From Escherichia coli (GTDB taxonomy: Bacteria; Pseudomonadota; Gammaproteobacteria; Enterobacterales; Enterobacteriaceae): 64,000 nucleotides of DNA. The notes under the pieces were generated by a model. That model was not told where the DNA came from, made no database searches, and was given only the letters and a program-made list of their open reading frames with translations. Location of the stretch: assembly GCF_002854065.1 (NCBI RefSeq), contig NZ_CP024154.1; one strand, given 5' to 3'. The position numbers were made by a program, and so were the translations under genes. Positions 16,900 through 26,915 of this stretch are shown here, piece by piece; position 1 is the stretch's first letter, and each line of letters opens with the position of its first letter.

Positions 16900-19611
16900 A
16901 TGAATGCCATTATTCCGCACAAAAGACGTGACGGCAGGTCTTCCTTTGAAGACCTGATTGCGTACACGTCTGTGCGGGATGATGTGCAGGAAAATGAGCT
17001 CACAGAAGACAGCGAAATCAAGAGTGATGTCCCTCACCGCAACCGTTTCAGACGGCTTGTTGATTATGCAACACGCCTGCGTAACGAAAAATTTGTCTCC
17101 CTGATTGATGTGATGAAAGACGGCAGTCAGTGGGTAAATTTCTATGGCGTAACCTGTTTCCATAACTGCAATTCACTGGAAACAGCTGCTGAAGAGATGC
17201 AGTACAAGGCGGACAAAGCTGTTTTTTCCCGTAATGATACAGACCCCGTTTTCCACTACATTCTTTCCTGGCCTGCGCATGAAAGCCCGCGTCCTGAGCA
17301 GCTTTTTGACTGTGTGCGTCACACACTGAAATCTCTTGAACTCTCAAAACATCAGTACGTGGCTGCCGTTCATACGGACACGGATAATCTGCATGTGCAT
17401 GTTGCCGTGAATCGTGTACATCCTGAAACTGGTTATATTAACTGGCTTTCCTGGAGCCAGGAAAAACTCAGCCGTGCATGTCGTGAACTTGAACTTAAGC
17501 ACGGATTCGCGCCTGATAATGGCTGCTTTGTGCATGCACCCGGCAACCGTATTGTGCGCAAAACAGCGCTGGTACGTGAGCGCCGTAATGCCTGGCGACG
17601 CGGGAAAAAGCAGACGTTCAGGGAATATATTGCGCAGATGTCGATTGCCGGGCTGCGTGAAGAGCCCGCACAAGACTGGTTGTCTTTGCATAAACGGCTG
17701 GCCAGTGATGGTCTGTATATCACGATGCAGGAAGGGGAACTGGTGGTGAAGGATGGCTGGGACAGAGCGCGGGAAGGTGTTGCACTCAGTTCGTTCGGAC
17801 CGTCATGGACAGCTGAAAAACTGGGGCGGAAACTGGGGGAATATCAGCCTGTACCGACAGATATTTTCAGTCAGGTGGGGACACCCGGTCGTTATGATCC
17901 GGAAGCCATAAACGTTGATATCCGGCCGGAAAAAGTGGCAGAAACGGAGAGTCTGAAACAGTACGCCTGCCGTTATTTTGCCGAACGCTTACCGGAAATG
18001 GCGAGAAATGGTGAGCTGGAAAGTTGCCTGGATGTGCACAGAACTCTGGCAAAGGCTGGATTATGGATGGGGATCCAGCACGGGCATCTGGTACTGCATG
18101 ATGGATTTGATAAACAACAGACACCAGTACGTGCAGACAGTGTGTGGCCGTTAATGACGCTGGATTATATGCAGGATCTGGATGGTGGATGGCAGCCTGT
18201 ACCGAAGGATATTTTTACTCAGGTTATACCCGGAGAACGATTCCGGGGACGTAATCTTGGTACTCAGGCTGTCAGTGATTACGAATGGTATCGTATGCGG
18301 ATGGGGACAGGTCCACAGGGAGCAATAAAGCGCGAACTGTTTTCTGATAAGGAAAGTCTGTGGGGGTACACGACTGTTCAGTGTGAGTCGTTGATTGAAG
18401 ATATGATCGCGGGCGGGAATTTCAGCTGGCAGGCGTGCCATGAGATGTTTGCGCGTAAAGGGCTTATGTTGCAGAAACAGCATCATGGTCTTGTGATTGT
18501 GGATGCGTTTAATCATGAGCTCACACCAGTGAAGGCCAGCAGTATCCACCCGGATTTGACGTTATCCAGGGCTGAGCTGCAGGCAGGGCCATTTGAGATT
18601 GCAGGTGCAGATATATTTGAACGGGTGAAGCCTGAATGTCGCTACAATCCGGAACTTGCTGCCAGCGATGAAGTGGAACCCGGCTTCCGGCGCGATCCTG
18701 TACTGCGTCGTGAACGCCGTGAAGCCCGTGCAGCTGCGCGGGAAGATTTGCGCGCGCGTTATCTTGCATGGAAGGAGCACTGGCGTAAACCCGACTTACG
18801 TTACGGAGAACGGTTACGGGAAATTCATGCTGCCTGCCGTCGGCGCAAGGCGTATATCCGTGTGCAGTTCCGGGATCCACAATTGCGTAAGCTGCATTAC
18901 CATATTGCGGAAGTGCAGCGTATGCAGGCGCTGATCAGGCTGAAGGAGAGTGTGAAGGAAGAGCGGTTGTCACTGATTGCGGAGGGTAAGTGGTATCCTT
19001 TGTCCTACCGGCAGTGGGTGGAGCAACAGGCGGTACAGGGAGACAGAGCTGCATTATCACAGTTACGTGGCTGGGATTATCGTGATCGTCGCAAAGACAA
19101 GCGACGAACAACGAATGCCGACCGCTGCGTGATTCTCTGTGAACCGGGAGGAACTCCACTTTATGAAGACACTGGCGTTCTCGAAGCCCGTCTGCAGAAA
19201 GATGGCAGTGTGCGTTTTCGTGATCGGAGGAATGGCGAGTTAGTCTGTGTGGATTATGGGGACCGTGTGGTGTTCTACCATCATCAGGACAGAAATGAAC
19301 TGGTGGATAAGCTGAATCTGATTGCTCCTGTATTGTTTGATCGTGAGCCAGGAATGGGTTTTGAACCGGAAGGCTCATATCAACAGTTTAATGATGTATT
19401 TGCGGAAATGGTGGCCTGGCATAATGCAGCTGGAATAACCGGAAATGGACACTTTGTAATCAGCCGCCCGGATGTGGATTTACATCGTCAGCGTAGTGAA
19501 CAGTACTACCACGAATATATCAGGCAACAGAAAAGCATATCCGGGGGGCATGGCGCATCTTATGCTCCAGTTCAGGATAATGAGTGGACGCCACCATCAC
19601 CTGGAATGTAG
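16900..19611 (+). CDS. nikB: conjugative relaxase NikB (MobP family)
   Basis: 903 aa; histidine-triad motif HTDTDNLHVHVAVNRV in the N-terminal relaxase domain; follows nikA; terminator hairpin at about 19631-19664. Confidence 0.9.
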   Translation: MNAIIPHKRRDGRSSFEDLIAYTSVRDDVQENELTEDSEIKSDVPHRNRFRRLVDYATRLRNEKFVSLIDVMKDGSQWVNFYGVTCFHNCNSLETAAEEMQYKADKAVFSRNDTDPVFHYILSWPAHESPRPEQLFDCVRHTLKSLELSKHQYVAAVHTDTDNLHVHVAVNRVHPETGYINWLSWSQEKLSRACRELELKHGFAPDNGCFVHAPGNRIVRKTALVRERRNAWRRGKKQTFREYIAQMSIAGLREEPAQDWLSLHKRLASDGLYITMQEGELVVKDGWDRAREGVALSSFGPSWTAEKLGRKLGEYQPVPTDIFSQVGTPGRYDPEAINVDIRPEKVAETESLKQYACRYFAERLPEMARNGELESCLDVHRTLAKAGLWMGIQHGHLVLHDGFDKQQTPVRADSVWPLMTLDYMQDLDGGWQPVPKDIFTQVIPGERFRGRNLGTQAVSDYEWYRMRMGTGPQGAIKRELFSDKESLWGYTTVQCESLIEDMIAGGNFSWQACHEMFARKGLMLQKQHHGLVIVDAFNHELTPVKASSIHPDLTLSRAELQAGPFEIAGADIFERVKPECRYNPELAASDEVEPGFRRDPVLRRERREARAAAREDLRARYLAWKEHWRKPDLRYGERLREIHAACRRRKAYIRVQFRDPQLRKLHYHIAEVQRMQALIRLKESVKEERLSLIAEGKWYPLSYRQWVEQQAVQGDRAALSQLRGWDYRDRRKDKRRTTNADRCVILCEPGGTPLYEDTGVLEARLQKDGSVRFRDRRNGELVCVDYGDRVVFYHHQDRNELVDKLNLIAPVLFDREPGMGFEPEGSYQQFNDVFAEMVAWHNAAGITGNGHFVISRPDVDLHRQRSEQYYHEYIRQQKSISGGHGASYAPVQDNEWTPPSPGM

Positions 19612-19714
19612 GGATGAGGAGTGGATATTAAAAATCTTAACTTGTATTAGTTAAGATTTTCTTTGCTCTGACAGAGCTATGGTACTGAGATCTATATGGA
19701 TTGAGGAGCAATAT

Positions 19715-20110
19715 ATGGGGGTAAAGAAAATCGTTATGCTGGCTATTTTAGTCAGCTTTGTGGCGGGATGTGCGCCATTACATCCTTCAAATTGCCATAA
19801 AACTACAGCCCTGGGTAGTTGCAGTTCAGGACGTTGGGATGATCAGGATGAATGGGGGGAGCAGGCACGGGGAATCAGGGATGCAATTAATGCTAAACTT
19901 GATGATCCGCAAAAATGGAAAAGGAAAAAATGCAGGTTGCATATGGAATTCTCCCGGGATGGCACGGCGTTAAAAATATCAACCAGTAATGGCGATAAAG
20001 CCTATTGCGAAGCGATAAAGTCAGCAGCCCATAAAGCTAAATTCCCGGCCTTCAACAATCCGGAAGTTTATAGAGATTTTCAAAAATCCGGCTTTGACAT
20101 GCGCGGTTAG
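19715..20110 (+). CDS. putative lipoprotein (131 aa)
   Basis: Signal peptide with lipobox (LVSFVAGC); SD GAGGAG upstream. Confidence 0.5.
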   Translation: MGVKKIVMLAILVSFVAGCAPLHPSNCHKTTALGSCSSGRWDDQDEWGEQARGIRDAINAKLDDPQKWKRKKCRLHMEFSRDGTALKISTSNGDKAYCEAIKSAAHKAKFPAFNNPEVYRDFQKSGFDMRG

Positions 20111-20497
20111 CTCCACGACATATCTGTAGGGCTAACAGAAGACTGTCAGGTTGGCTGATTACTACACTGGAACCTGAGGTACTTTGCCTCAGGTTATGTT
20201 GACATACTCAAAAATAGATTCTTACATTATCCCGGTAACGGCGTCTTTCATCGGCCTGCCAGTTACCATCAATGGTATTGGTACCCTCATTCTTTCTGTC
20301 TGTGATGTTAATAAGGGCAAAATTAATCAGCATGTCTGGCAGGATCTGGGAATTCATACCAATATCCATAGAAGTGAATCTATTACGAACGTGGGGAACC
20401 CTGGCACCATTTTTTGTGCTGCCCATATTTGTTTTCATGTATAATTCATAATCAAAGCGTTCATCCTGATTTAGCTTAACTGATTAAAATCCGTAGA

Positions 20498-20791
20498 TTA
20501 TGATTTTATCAGTGTTGTGACTTTATTTATTATGGGGAGCTTACCCAGTATTTCGAAATTATCGGGAGAACACTTGTACCATCTGTTTGAGCCTGCAAGT
20601 ATTTCTCTGTCCCATCGTCTGACCCTCTCCCCGTTTCTGAGTATGCATATCATATAGTTTTCGGGCACCATCAGTGTCCGGGCTGCCAGAAGACTATTTT
20701 TAAACGTCAGGGAAGTGATATTGATATCTTCTCCGGAATTTTTACGATAAATAACAGACCATGAGTTTTTTTCCGGGCTACTAATACACAT
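20498..20791 (-). CDS. hypothetical protein (97 aa) in AT-rich spacer
   Basis: ORF only. Confidence 0.3.
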   Translation of the reverse strand: MCISSPEKNSWSVIYRKNSGEDINITSLTFKNSLLAARTLMVPENYMICILRNGERVRRWDREILAGSNRWYKCSPDNFEILGKLPIINKVTTLIKS

Positions 20792-20904
20792 TTATTGTAC
20801 CTCTGGTGATGGATTGAAATCCTGAATCCTCCGCTTACTATGGTGAGCGGAGGAGATTAATAATCGCGTAAAGGTTGTTATTAAAATCAGCCATACAGGT
20901 GTTA

Positions 20905-23208
20905 TCAGAATCTTTTTTTACGACTCTCTTGTTTTCCACCTGATGGTGTCTGAGCGACATTTTTTTTATGGGGCGGGGATGCAGTTAGATCCGGTACAGG
21001 TAACAGCATCTCCAGGGGGAGCAGAGTATTCAGAATCGCCTTCACTGAAGGTATATCTTCAGGACCAGAGTGTTCCTCTTCCGGACGATTCAGTGTGATA
21101 TAACATACCCGGCGTTCTTCCCTGGTTGTGTTATTGATAGTGTGCACAGCCTTTTTCCACAGTTCGTTTGCCCGGGATTCGATATCTGTATCATATTGCG
21201 GAAGCAGATCCAGTGATGTCTGCGCTGTTGCCAACCGGCGCTGGAATGTATCAATGATACGGTAAGGCTCTGTACGGTTTTTACGACGTTTACGGGATGG
21301 TTTTGCTGTCAGTACACCGATGATGCTGCTGACATGCTCCGGTGTGGGGAGCCTGCGCTGCACTGTCCTGGGGACGAGACGGCGGAGACGCTCCAGCCGG
21401 GGGGCTTCAACGGAAATATAGCGGTTGATGACCACCGGATCACTGTCGCAACTTTTCTCGCTGTCCGGAATATACACAGAGGCTGACGGCACCACATCCC
21501 CCTGGAAAACGGTAAAGAACTCACCGGCATTCAGTCTGATCAAATCCTGCACGTCGATTTTGCTTTCCATCTGGATGGTGATCTGGTTACCGTCCACCCA
21601 GGACTCACCCATCACACCATCGTGGCGCTGCAGGCTGCCCATTCTGGCCCGTGCCTCTTCACCGGCGGCATTTTTCACCGTTCTTGCCGTTTTGTCGTCA
21701 CTGACAATGCGTCCGGCGAATTTGGTGCCGGCGTTCTGCATCAGTGTGGCGGTGTTGGTGGCGGAGGTCTGCCCTTCAATTCGCTCCTGATCCTGCGCCG
21801 TCATTATCAGGGAAAACTCCAGTGAACGTACCTGGGTGGCCTCCACAGCAATGCGGTCTGTGTAGTAGGCACCGACTTCATCAAGGATACAGATATAGGG
21901 GAAGCTGCCTTTGTATTTTTTGACTTCCAGGGTCTGTGCATCTGTGCCTTCCAGCCGGTAGCCCAGGTCACGGGCGAGGAGCATGCTCTGCTGGGTGACG
22001 AACATACGACCGAGTGCCGACGTGGTATGAGCCGATGTGTCCAGTGCAGGGATCATCACAATCAGAATGCGGTCGCTGTGAATACTGTCGCGAATATCGA
22101 TGTCGCCGGCATCTGCCGCAAAGACGTCCCCGAAGGTTTCGGCAAAGGTTGTGAACGTTTCCGAGAACTGACCGGAGAGATAAGCATGCTGTTTACGGGG
22201 CTCCTCAGTCCAGGCTGACGGCGTTCTCACCAGTGACATATCGAATCCCGGGACATCCTGCAGGTAGTTTCGCAGTGGTGCGATAGCTTCTTCCGGCCAC
22301 TGGTCATCAAGGCCACGGCAATAGAGTTTTGCCATCCCTTCCAGCGTCATATGTTCCCGTAACATCTGCAGGGACATGGTTTTACCTTCCCGGACGCACC
22401 AGAATTTTGTGCCAAAGACCAGGGCCTTGTTCATGGCTATCGCCCGTGACTGCCATTCTCCCCCCTGAACGTTCTGGGGTAGCATGGACTGCATGGTTTC
22501 GGCGGTGAAGGCTTCTGTGCTGAATGCGAACGGGTTCCAGGTGTTTGACTGTGGGCGGGATTTTTCGCCGCTCTGAATGATTTCACTGCGGGATTTTCCG
22601 CCGTTCATGAAGTTGATGACTTCGATATCATCCTCCCTGCCAAAACGTCGGGAGAGATACCAGATTGTCCTCGTGGTATCGTTCTGTGCCTTTCCGTCAA
22701 CAAAGGTAAAGCCTCTTCCCCAGCAGAGCGGGTTGAGCAGCCAGGCAAAGGTGGTTTCTGTTTTACCGCCACCGGTGGTGGCAAAAAACATGACATGCCG
22801 GGTGAGGTCATCCATGCTCAGCCAGAGCTCACGACCGATATCGTTGATACGGCGGTAACCGACATAAAAAATCCCCCGGGCGGGGAATGTTTCATCCGCT
22901 TCATACTGAAACAGGGTGGGCCAGAAGCTGAAGAGGCTTCTCCTGACCTTTCTGTCCTGGGAGGGGTCATCAAGGCTGAGTGTCATGGGCATACGCAGGG
23001 GGCATCGCCAGCGTTGCAGCATGAATATCACGGAGGTGACCAGGGTGAACAGCAGGCAGACAGGAAGGGCCAGTGGCCATATCAGCGCCGTAATGATACT
23101 GCCGGCCAGACACAGACCAGTGATGTTCAGGTTATGCAGTGCATTCCACAACGGGTTTCCCCAGGCCGTGCGGTGTATGAGGTCAGGATTAACGTGGTGC
23201 TGGCTCAT
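20905..23208 (-). CDS. trbC: TrbC-like conjugation ATPase (putative type IV coupling protein) with N-terminal transmembrane segments
   Basis: 767-aa ORF; Walker A FATTGGGKTETTF; position downstream of trbB. Confidence 0.75.
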   Translation of the reverse strand: MSQHHVNPDLIHRTAWGNPLWNALHNLNITGLCLAGSIITALIWPLALPVCLLFTLVTSVIFMLQRWRCPLRMPMTLSLDDPSQDRKVRRSLFSFWPTLFQYEADETFPARGIFYVGYRRINDIGRELWLSMDDLTRHVMFFATTGGGKTETTFAWLLNPLCWGRGFTFVDGKAQNDTTRTIWYLSRRFGREDDIEVINFMNGGKSRSEIIQSGEKSRPQSNTWNPFAFSTEAFTAETMQSMLPQNVQGGEWQSRAIAMNKALVFGTKFWCVREGKTMSLQMLREHMTLEGMAKLYCRGLDDQWPEEAIAPLRNYLQDVPGFDMSLVRTPSAWTEEPRKQHAYLSGQFSETFTTFAETFGDVFAADAGDIDIRDSIHSDRILIVMIPALDTSAHTTSALGRMFVTQQSMLLARDLGYRLEGTDAQTLEVKKYKGSFPYICILDEVGAYYTDRIAVEATQVRSLEFSLIMTAQDQERIEGQTSATNTATLMQNAGTKFAGRIVSDDKTARTVKNAAGEEARARMGSLQRHDGVMGESWVDGNQITIQMESKIDVQDLIRLNAGEFFTVFQGDVVPSASVYIPDSEKSCDSDPVVINRYISVEAPRLERLRRLVPRTVQRRLPTPEHVSSIIGVLTAKPSRKRRKNRTEPYRIIDTFQRRLATAQTSLDLLPQYDTDIESRANELWKKAVHTINNTTREERRVCYITLNRPEEEHSGPEDIPSVKAILNTLLPLEMLLPVPDLTASPPHKKNVAQTPSGGKQESRKKRF

Positions 23209-24313
23209 TGTGATACTCCTCGCTATCTGTTGCTTTCAGGAAGAGGCGAACGGAAGTGGCGTCTTTCAGGATGCCGGACGGCAGGTGCCAGCCGGTATCT
23301 GATAACACCCAGGGGGTTCCGCCAAAACCGAACTGGCGGAAAGCCTGGTTATTGACATCGATGGCAGCACGTGCGGCGGTCAGACACTGTCCATCCTGTG
23401 CGGCCGGTGCATCGCCGGTGGGGGCCATACCACTGTCAGCGGAATACAGCTGATGCCATCCGGTCGCCCGTTTTTGTGAGTCCGGTTCACACAGCAGCGG
23501 AGCAGTCCGCTTTGTACTGGACTCCCCGCCAATCACGGAGACCGGATAAATCACCACGCTGAATTCCCGGGCCAGTTGCTTAAGCGCGGGTTCCAGCAGA
23601 CGGCAGTTGATGCATGCGGGGTCAAGGAAGGCGTACAGCGTGCGTTCATGACCAGTGGACAGGTTAATGGTGAACATCCCCCGGTCTGCGTTGCGTTTAA
23701 GTACTGTGGCCAGATTACGGCGGGCCTCAGCGGCCTGAACGTGTTGTTCTTCCGTCACTGCCGTCGGGGCGGGGGCAGAAGAAGGTTCCTGCTGTGTGGG
23801 AGCCGGGCGGGCCGGGATGCTGTTAACATGATGTTCCGTATGTGGGCGTGGTGTCTCTGTGTCGGTTACTGGTTCAGCTCTCCATTCCTGAGATGTAGGG
23901 TAAGCCAGCGTGGAAGGGGACTCTGCCTTCATCCAGTGGTAACCTGCAACTGTCGCCGGCAGAGCAATTCCGGCGATAAAGCCACACATCAGTGTCCGCC
24001 AGAAGCCATTTTTCCGGGAGGGATGTTTTCCTTTTCCGGCATATTCGGCATCCAGGCAGGCATCAATCGCTGAGAGCATTCTGCCGATGTGATGTCCGGG
24101 ACGTTCTGCATCAACGGTATCAACAAGCACCGTTTCAGTTATTTCGCGAAAAGGGGAACTGAAGGACAGGTGCATCAGCCTGTTATTACGGTTAATCAGT
24201 GCGCCCAGTTCTGTTACCGGCAGGATGGCAATCACCTCCCGATTACCGTCAGGGTACAGGGCGGTCAGGGACAGGTGTTTATTATTCAGTGTTGCAGTGT
24301 AGTGGATGGTCAT
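23189..24313 (-). CDS. trbB: TrbB-like thioredoxin-fold disulfide isomerase
   Basis: CxxC motif (DPACINCRLLEP) in C-terminal half; Pro/Thr-rich linker; trbA-trbB-trbC order. Confidence 0.7.
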   Translation of the reverse strand: MTIHYTATLNNKHLSLTALYPDGNREVIAILPVTELGALINRNNRLMHLSFSSPFREITETVLVDTVDAERPGHHIGRMLSAIDACLDAEYAGKGKHPSRKNGFWRTLMCGFIAGIALPATVAGYHWMKAESPSTLAYPTSQEWRAEPVTDTETPRPHTEHHVNSIPARPAPTQQEPSSAPAPTAVTEEQHVQAAEARRNLATVLKRNADRGMFTINLSTGHERTLYAFLDPACINCRLLEPALKQLAREFSVVIYPVSVIGGESSTKRTAPLLCEPDSQKRATGWHQLYSADSGMAPTGDAPAAQDGQCLTAARAAIDVNNQAFRQFGFGGTPWVLSDTGWHLPSGILKDATSVRLFLKATDSEEYHNEPAPR

Positions 24314-25635
24314 TGTTCTTTTTCCTTGTCGGCGGGATGCTGTTTTTCGGTGGTTTCGGTGGTTTCGGTGGTTTCGGTGGTTTCGGTGGTTTCGGTGGTT
24401 TCGGTGGTTTCGGTGGTTTCACCAGTGTCAGTGTCTTCGTCGTTATCATGGCGGCGGGGTATCACGTCATCCGTGAGTGACCAGCGGGTCCTGATCTGAC
24501 GTTTACGATCGCGATCTGGCTGAGGTTCGTCCCATATCAGGCCCAGCCCCAGCATGTCCCGTCGAAGCCCTTCAATGGCCTCTTCCACACAGGGTTCCGG
24601 GCAGGGGAGGCCGAGACGGCTGGCTTCATTTTCTGCCCGGGCAACGGCCACCACGCCGGCCCCTTCGATGAAGCCTTTTGTGGTGTTTGCCCGGTGAAGG
24701 GCATAGAAGAGCGTCCGGTCAACGCCCTTGAGCCACAGCCAGTTGGGGGGCGTCAGGCGCAAATCATGTGCGTAAAGCCAGACAAGACCGCTGCGAACGT
24801 AACGGTGCTGCCTGAGCCACTGTTGTGCGTCTTCTGTTTTTATGACCCGGATAAAGGCGTTTCTGGCCAGTGAATACACTGGCGTGCTGAAACGCCCCTG
24901 GTCCCGCTTGCTTTTGAGTCTGCAGGAGAGGTTGAGGTTATTCATCAGGGAAACAGCCGATTTCCGGTCCCCAAGGAAGAACTGCAGGCCAAAGACGGCA
25001 AAGAGTGCTTTTTCATGTGGAGCCATGTCTTTCCAGGTGGTCAGAGGCTGGCCCAGTTGCGCCATAAAGCACTGGCGCGTGGCCGCAACATCGAGCTGCA
25101 TGTTGCGGATAAGGTTGTTCTGCTCCACAAAGGCTTCGGGGGTTAGAGCGACACGGCGCTCGGGACGTTTTTGTCCGTGGAAGAGTCTGTTGCTGTCTCC
25201 GTCAGCCAGAACGGGGGCGATCGCCGGTGACAGTGATGAAAACAGATGTGGCAGCGTGTGGATATTCAGTGGTCTGCGGGTGAAGCGGGGCTGGGCCGGA
25301 TGCTGAAACCACATCCACAGAAAGCCGATCGTCATGGGAAGCAGAATCAGCCAGAGGATCCCCACGGTCTGTGACATGACATCCAGCCACTGGCTGAAAG
25401 TGATCGTTGCAGCGTTGTTGGCGGTGTTGGCCAGCAGGTTATAACGGGGGGCGGCAAAATGGTGAAAAGGCCCCCAGTCAGTCATCCCCCACATTGTGTG
25501 CAGGATCAGGCAGGTGGCAAAGACGATGTCGGGTAAAAAGAGCCAGATGAGAAGCGCAAAGAGCAGACATATGGTGCCAACGATATACCATATGTTCATC
25601 GGGTCTTCTGTTGTGGGGGAGTGTTGGTAAGACAC
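24310..25635 (-). CDS. trbA: TrbA-like membrane protein with C-terminal (TET)n repeat
   Basis: 441-aa ORF with N-terminal TM segments; identity assigned by position upstream of trbB; 9-bp in-frame tandem repeat at 24349-24420. Confidence 0.6.
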   Translation of the reverse strand: MSYQHSPTTEDPMNIWYIVGTICLLFALLIWLFLPDIVFATCLILHTMWGMTDWGPFHHFAAPRYNLLANTANNAATITFSQWLDVMSQTVGILWLILLPMTIGFLWMWFQHPAQPRFTRRPLNIHTLPHLFSSLSPAIAPVLADGDSNRLFHGQKRPERRVALTPEAFVEQNNLIRNMQLDVAATRQCFMAQLGQPLTTWKDMAPHEKALFAVFGLQFFLGDRKSAVSLMNNLNLSCRLKSKRDQGRFSTPVYSLARNAFIRVIKTEDAQQWLRQHRYVRSGLVWLYAHDLRLTPPNWLWLKGVDRTLFYALHRANTTKGFIEGAGVVAVARAENEASRLGLPCPEPCVEEAIEGLRRDMLGLGLIWDEPQPDRDRKRQIRTRWSLTDDVIPRRHDNDEDTDTGETTETTETTETTETTETTETTETTEKQHPADKEKEQ

Positions 25636-25779
25636 GAGGATTCCTCCATCGATAAATAGATAAATTTCGGGATGAGGCTGAGTGGAATTAATGCGAACAA
25701 TCGCCGGTAATGACCGGGCAGGGCTGAATTCAGCAGGGCATTTTCACAGGAACAGCAGAAGGTGGTGAGAGACAGGCAC

Positions 25780-25810
25780 AAAAAAGCCGACTGGTGAGGC
25801 CGGCTTTTTT
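25780..25810. terminator. bidirectional rho-independent terminator-like hairpin (copy 1 of a duplicated element)
   Basis: AAAAAAGCCG-ACTGGTGAG-GCCGGCTTTTTT. Confidence 0.5.
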
Positions 25811-26083
25811 GCGATCCCAGGGAGAGTGGGTGGCTCTGGCCCGGAGGAAGTCTCTTTTCAACTAACGTTACCAGAATATCGTTATATTCACCTGATCGCA
25901 ATCTGTTCGTTACAGTCTATTGTTCCGGGAGTAGCGATATCGCCTGAAACAAGTATAATCAGCAAGTTAGCCTTGTCTGGAGACTTACCTTCGCATCAAT
26001 CCATTTGCCGTATTTTCGTAAAATTCAACAGGAAATATTCAACGGGAGTGAGAGAACTGCTGTCCGGGGAGGAGGTACAGACG

Positions 26084-26117
26084 CAAAAAAACCGACTGGT
26101 GAGGCCGGTTTTTTTGC
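26084..26117. terminator. bidirectional terminator-like hairpin (copy 2)
   Basis: AAAAAAACCG-ACTGGTGAG-GCCGGTTTTTTT, nearly identical to copy 1. Confidence 0.5.
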
Positions 26118-26431
26118 GATTCCGGATCGAAGTTGGTAGCCCTGACCGGAAGATAACTGCCTATAACTGACTATGAAATAATACGGCTGAAATAATATTT
26201 CTGCAAGCACAGTATAAGTATATACTCGGTGTGTCAGCTTTGAGGCACGTTCTTTCCGGCATATCGTTCACCGGGATGAACAGGTTGCAAGTCCTGGCCA
26301 AAACATCAGGTGGTGCTGGTTTTGGTGCTCTGGCCGGAGAAGAACTGTCTATAACTGACACTATAGAAAACGTGGCGACAGGCAATGTAAGGGCAAACCA
26401 CGGTGTTCTTTCTCCATTGATGGAGAAGCGG

Positions 26432-26527
26432 ATGATTAACCTGTTAATCATCGTTCTCAGGGCGGTTGTTGCTGTGGCTAACGCAGTGATAGCTCTCCTG
26501 GAACTGATCCGGGAACTGGTTGACTGA
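26432..26527 (+). CDS. small hydrophobic peptide (31 aa), candidate type I toxin-like membrane peptide
   Basis: SD GGAGAA 5 nt upstream of ATG 26432; MINLLIIVLRAVVAVANAVIALLELIRELVD; hairpin terminator downstream. Confidence 0.35.
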   Translation: MINLLIIVLRAVVAVANAVIALLELIRELVD

Positions 26528-26546
26528 TAATCCCGGAAACGTACTT

Positions 26547-26577
26547 AAGGGCAGAGGGTCACCGCCTTCTGCCCTTT
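26547..26577. terminator. bidirectional hairpin between convergent small ORFs
   Basis: GGGCAGA-N12-TCTGCCC followed by T-run. Confidence 0.5.
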
Positions 26578-26589
26578 AACAAAATATGC

Positions 26590-26766
26590 TCAGGTTAAAA
26601 ATCGAAAACCTTCCTGCACTTCCTGTGCCTGTTCCCGTGAGTCAAACATGAGCCGGCTTTTACCCGGAACTCCCCAGGAAATATATTCTACATCCACCCA
26701 CCATTTTCCGTATTCTTCATACGGTCCGGATATCACTTTAGTGACAAATGCATCAACCAGGTTCAT
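26590..26766 (-). CDS. hypothetical small protein (58 aa) downstream of the nuclease gene
   Basis: SD AAAGGTG upstream of ATG; MNLVDAFVTKVISGPYEEYGKWWVDVEY...; below the ORF-track size cutoff. Confidence 0.35.
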   Translation of the reverse strand: MNLVDAFVTKVISGPYEEYGKWWVDVEYISWGVPGKSRLMFDSREQAQEVQEGFRFLT

Positions 26767-26915
26767 TTTTACACCTTTCTGTTATTCTGCTTATTACGAC
26801 CAGCAGACAGCAAATATTAAAAATAACGCGGCGGTAAAAATGGCAATTTTTTCCATGCTGTATTTTTGCCATTTATTTTCTTTGAAATGGTTTTTTTCTT
26901 CATATCAGCAAATAA

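Noticed and set aside
24349-24420. Possible CRISPR array suggested by short tandem repeats (9-bp units in trbA; 12-bp units at about 13769-13835 in rpn)
   Set aside because: The units are contiguous with no spacers, are in-frame inside long ORFs and encode amino-acid repeats; no cas genes are present
26190-26230. Possible LexA (SOS) box upstream of the small hydrophobic peptide ORF
   Set aside because: The sequence (ACAGTATAAGTATATACT) lacks the canonical CTGT-N8-ACAG palindrome, so SOS control is not supported
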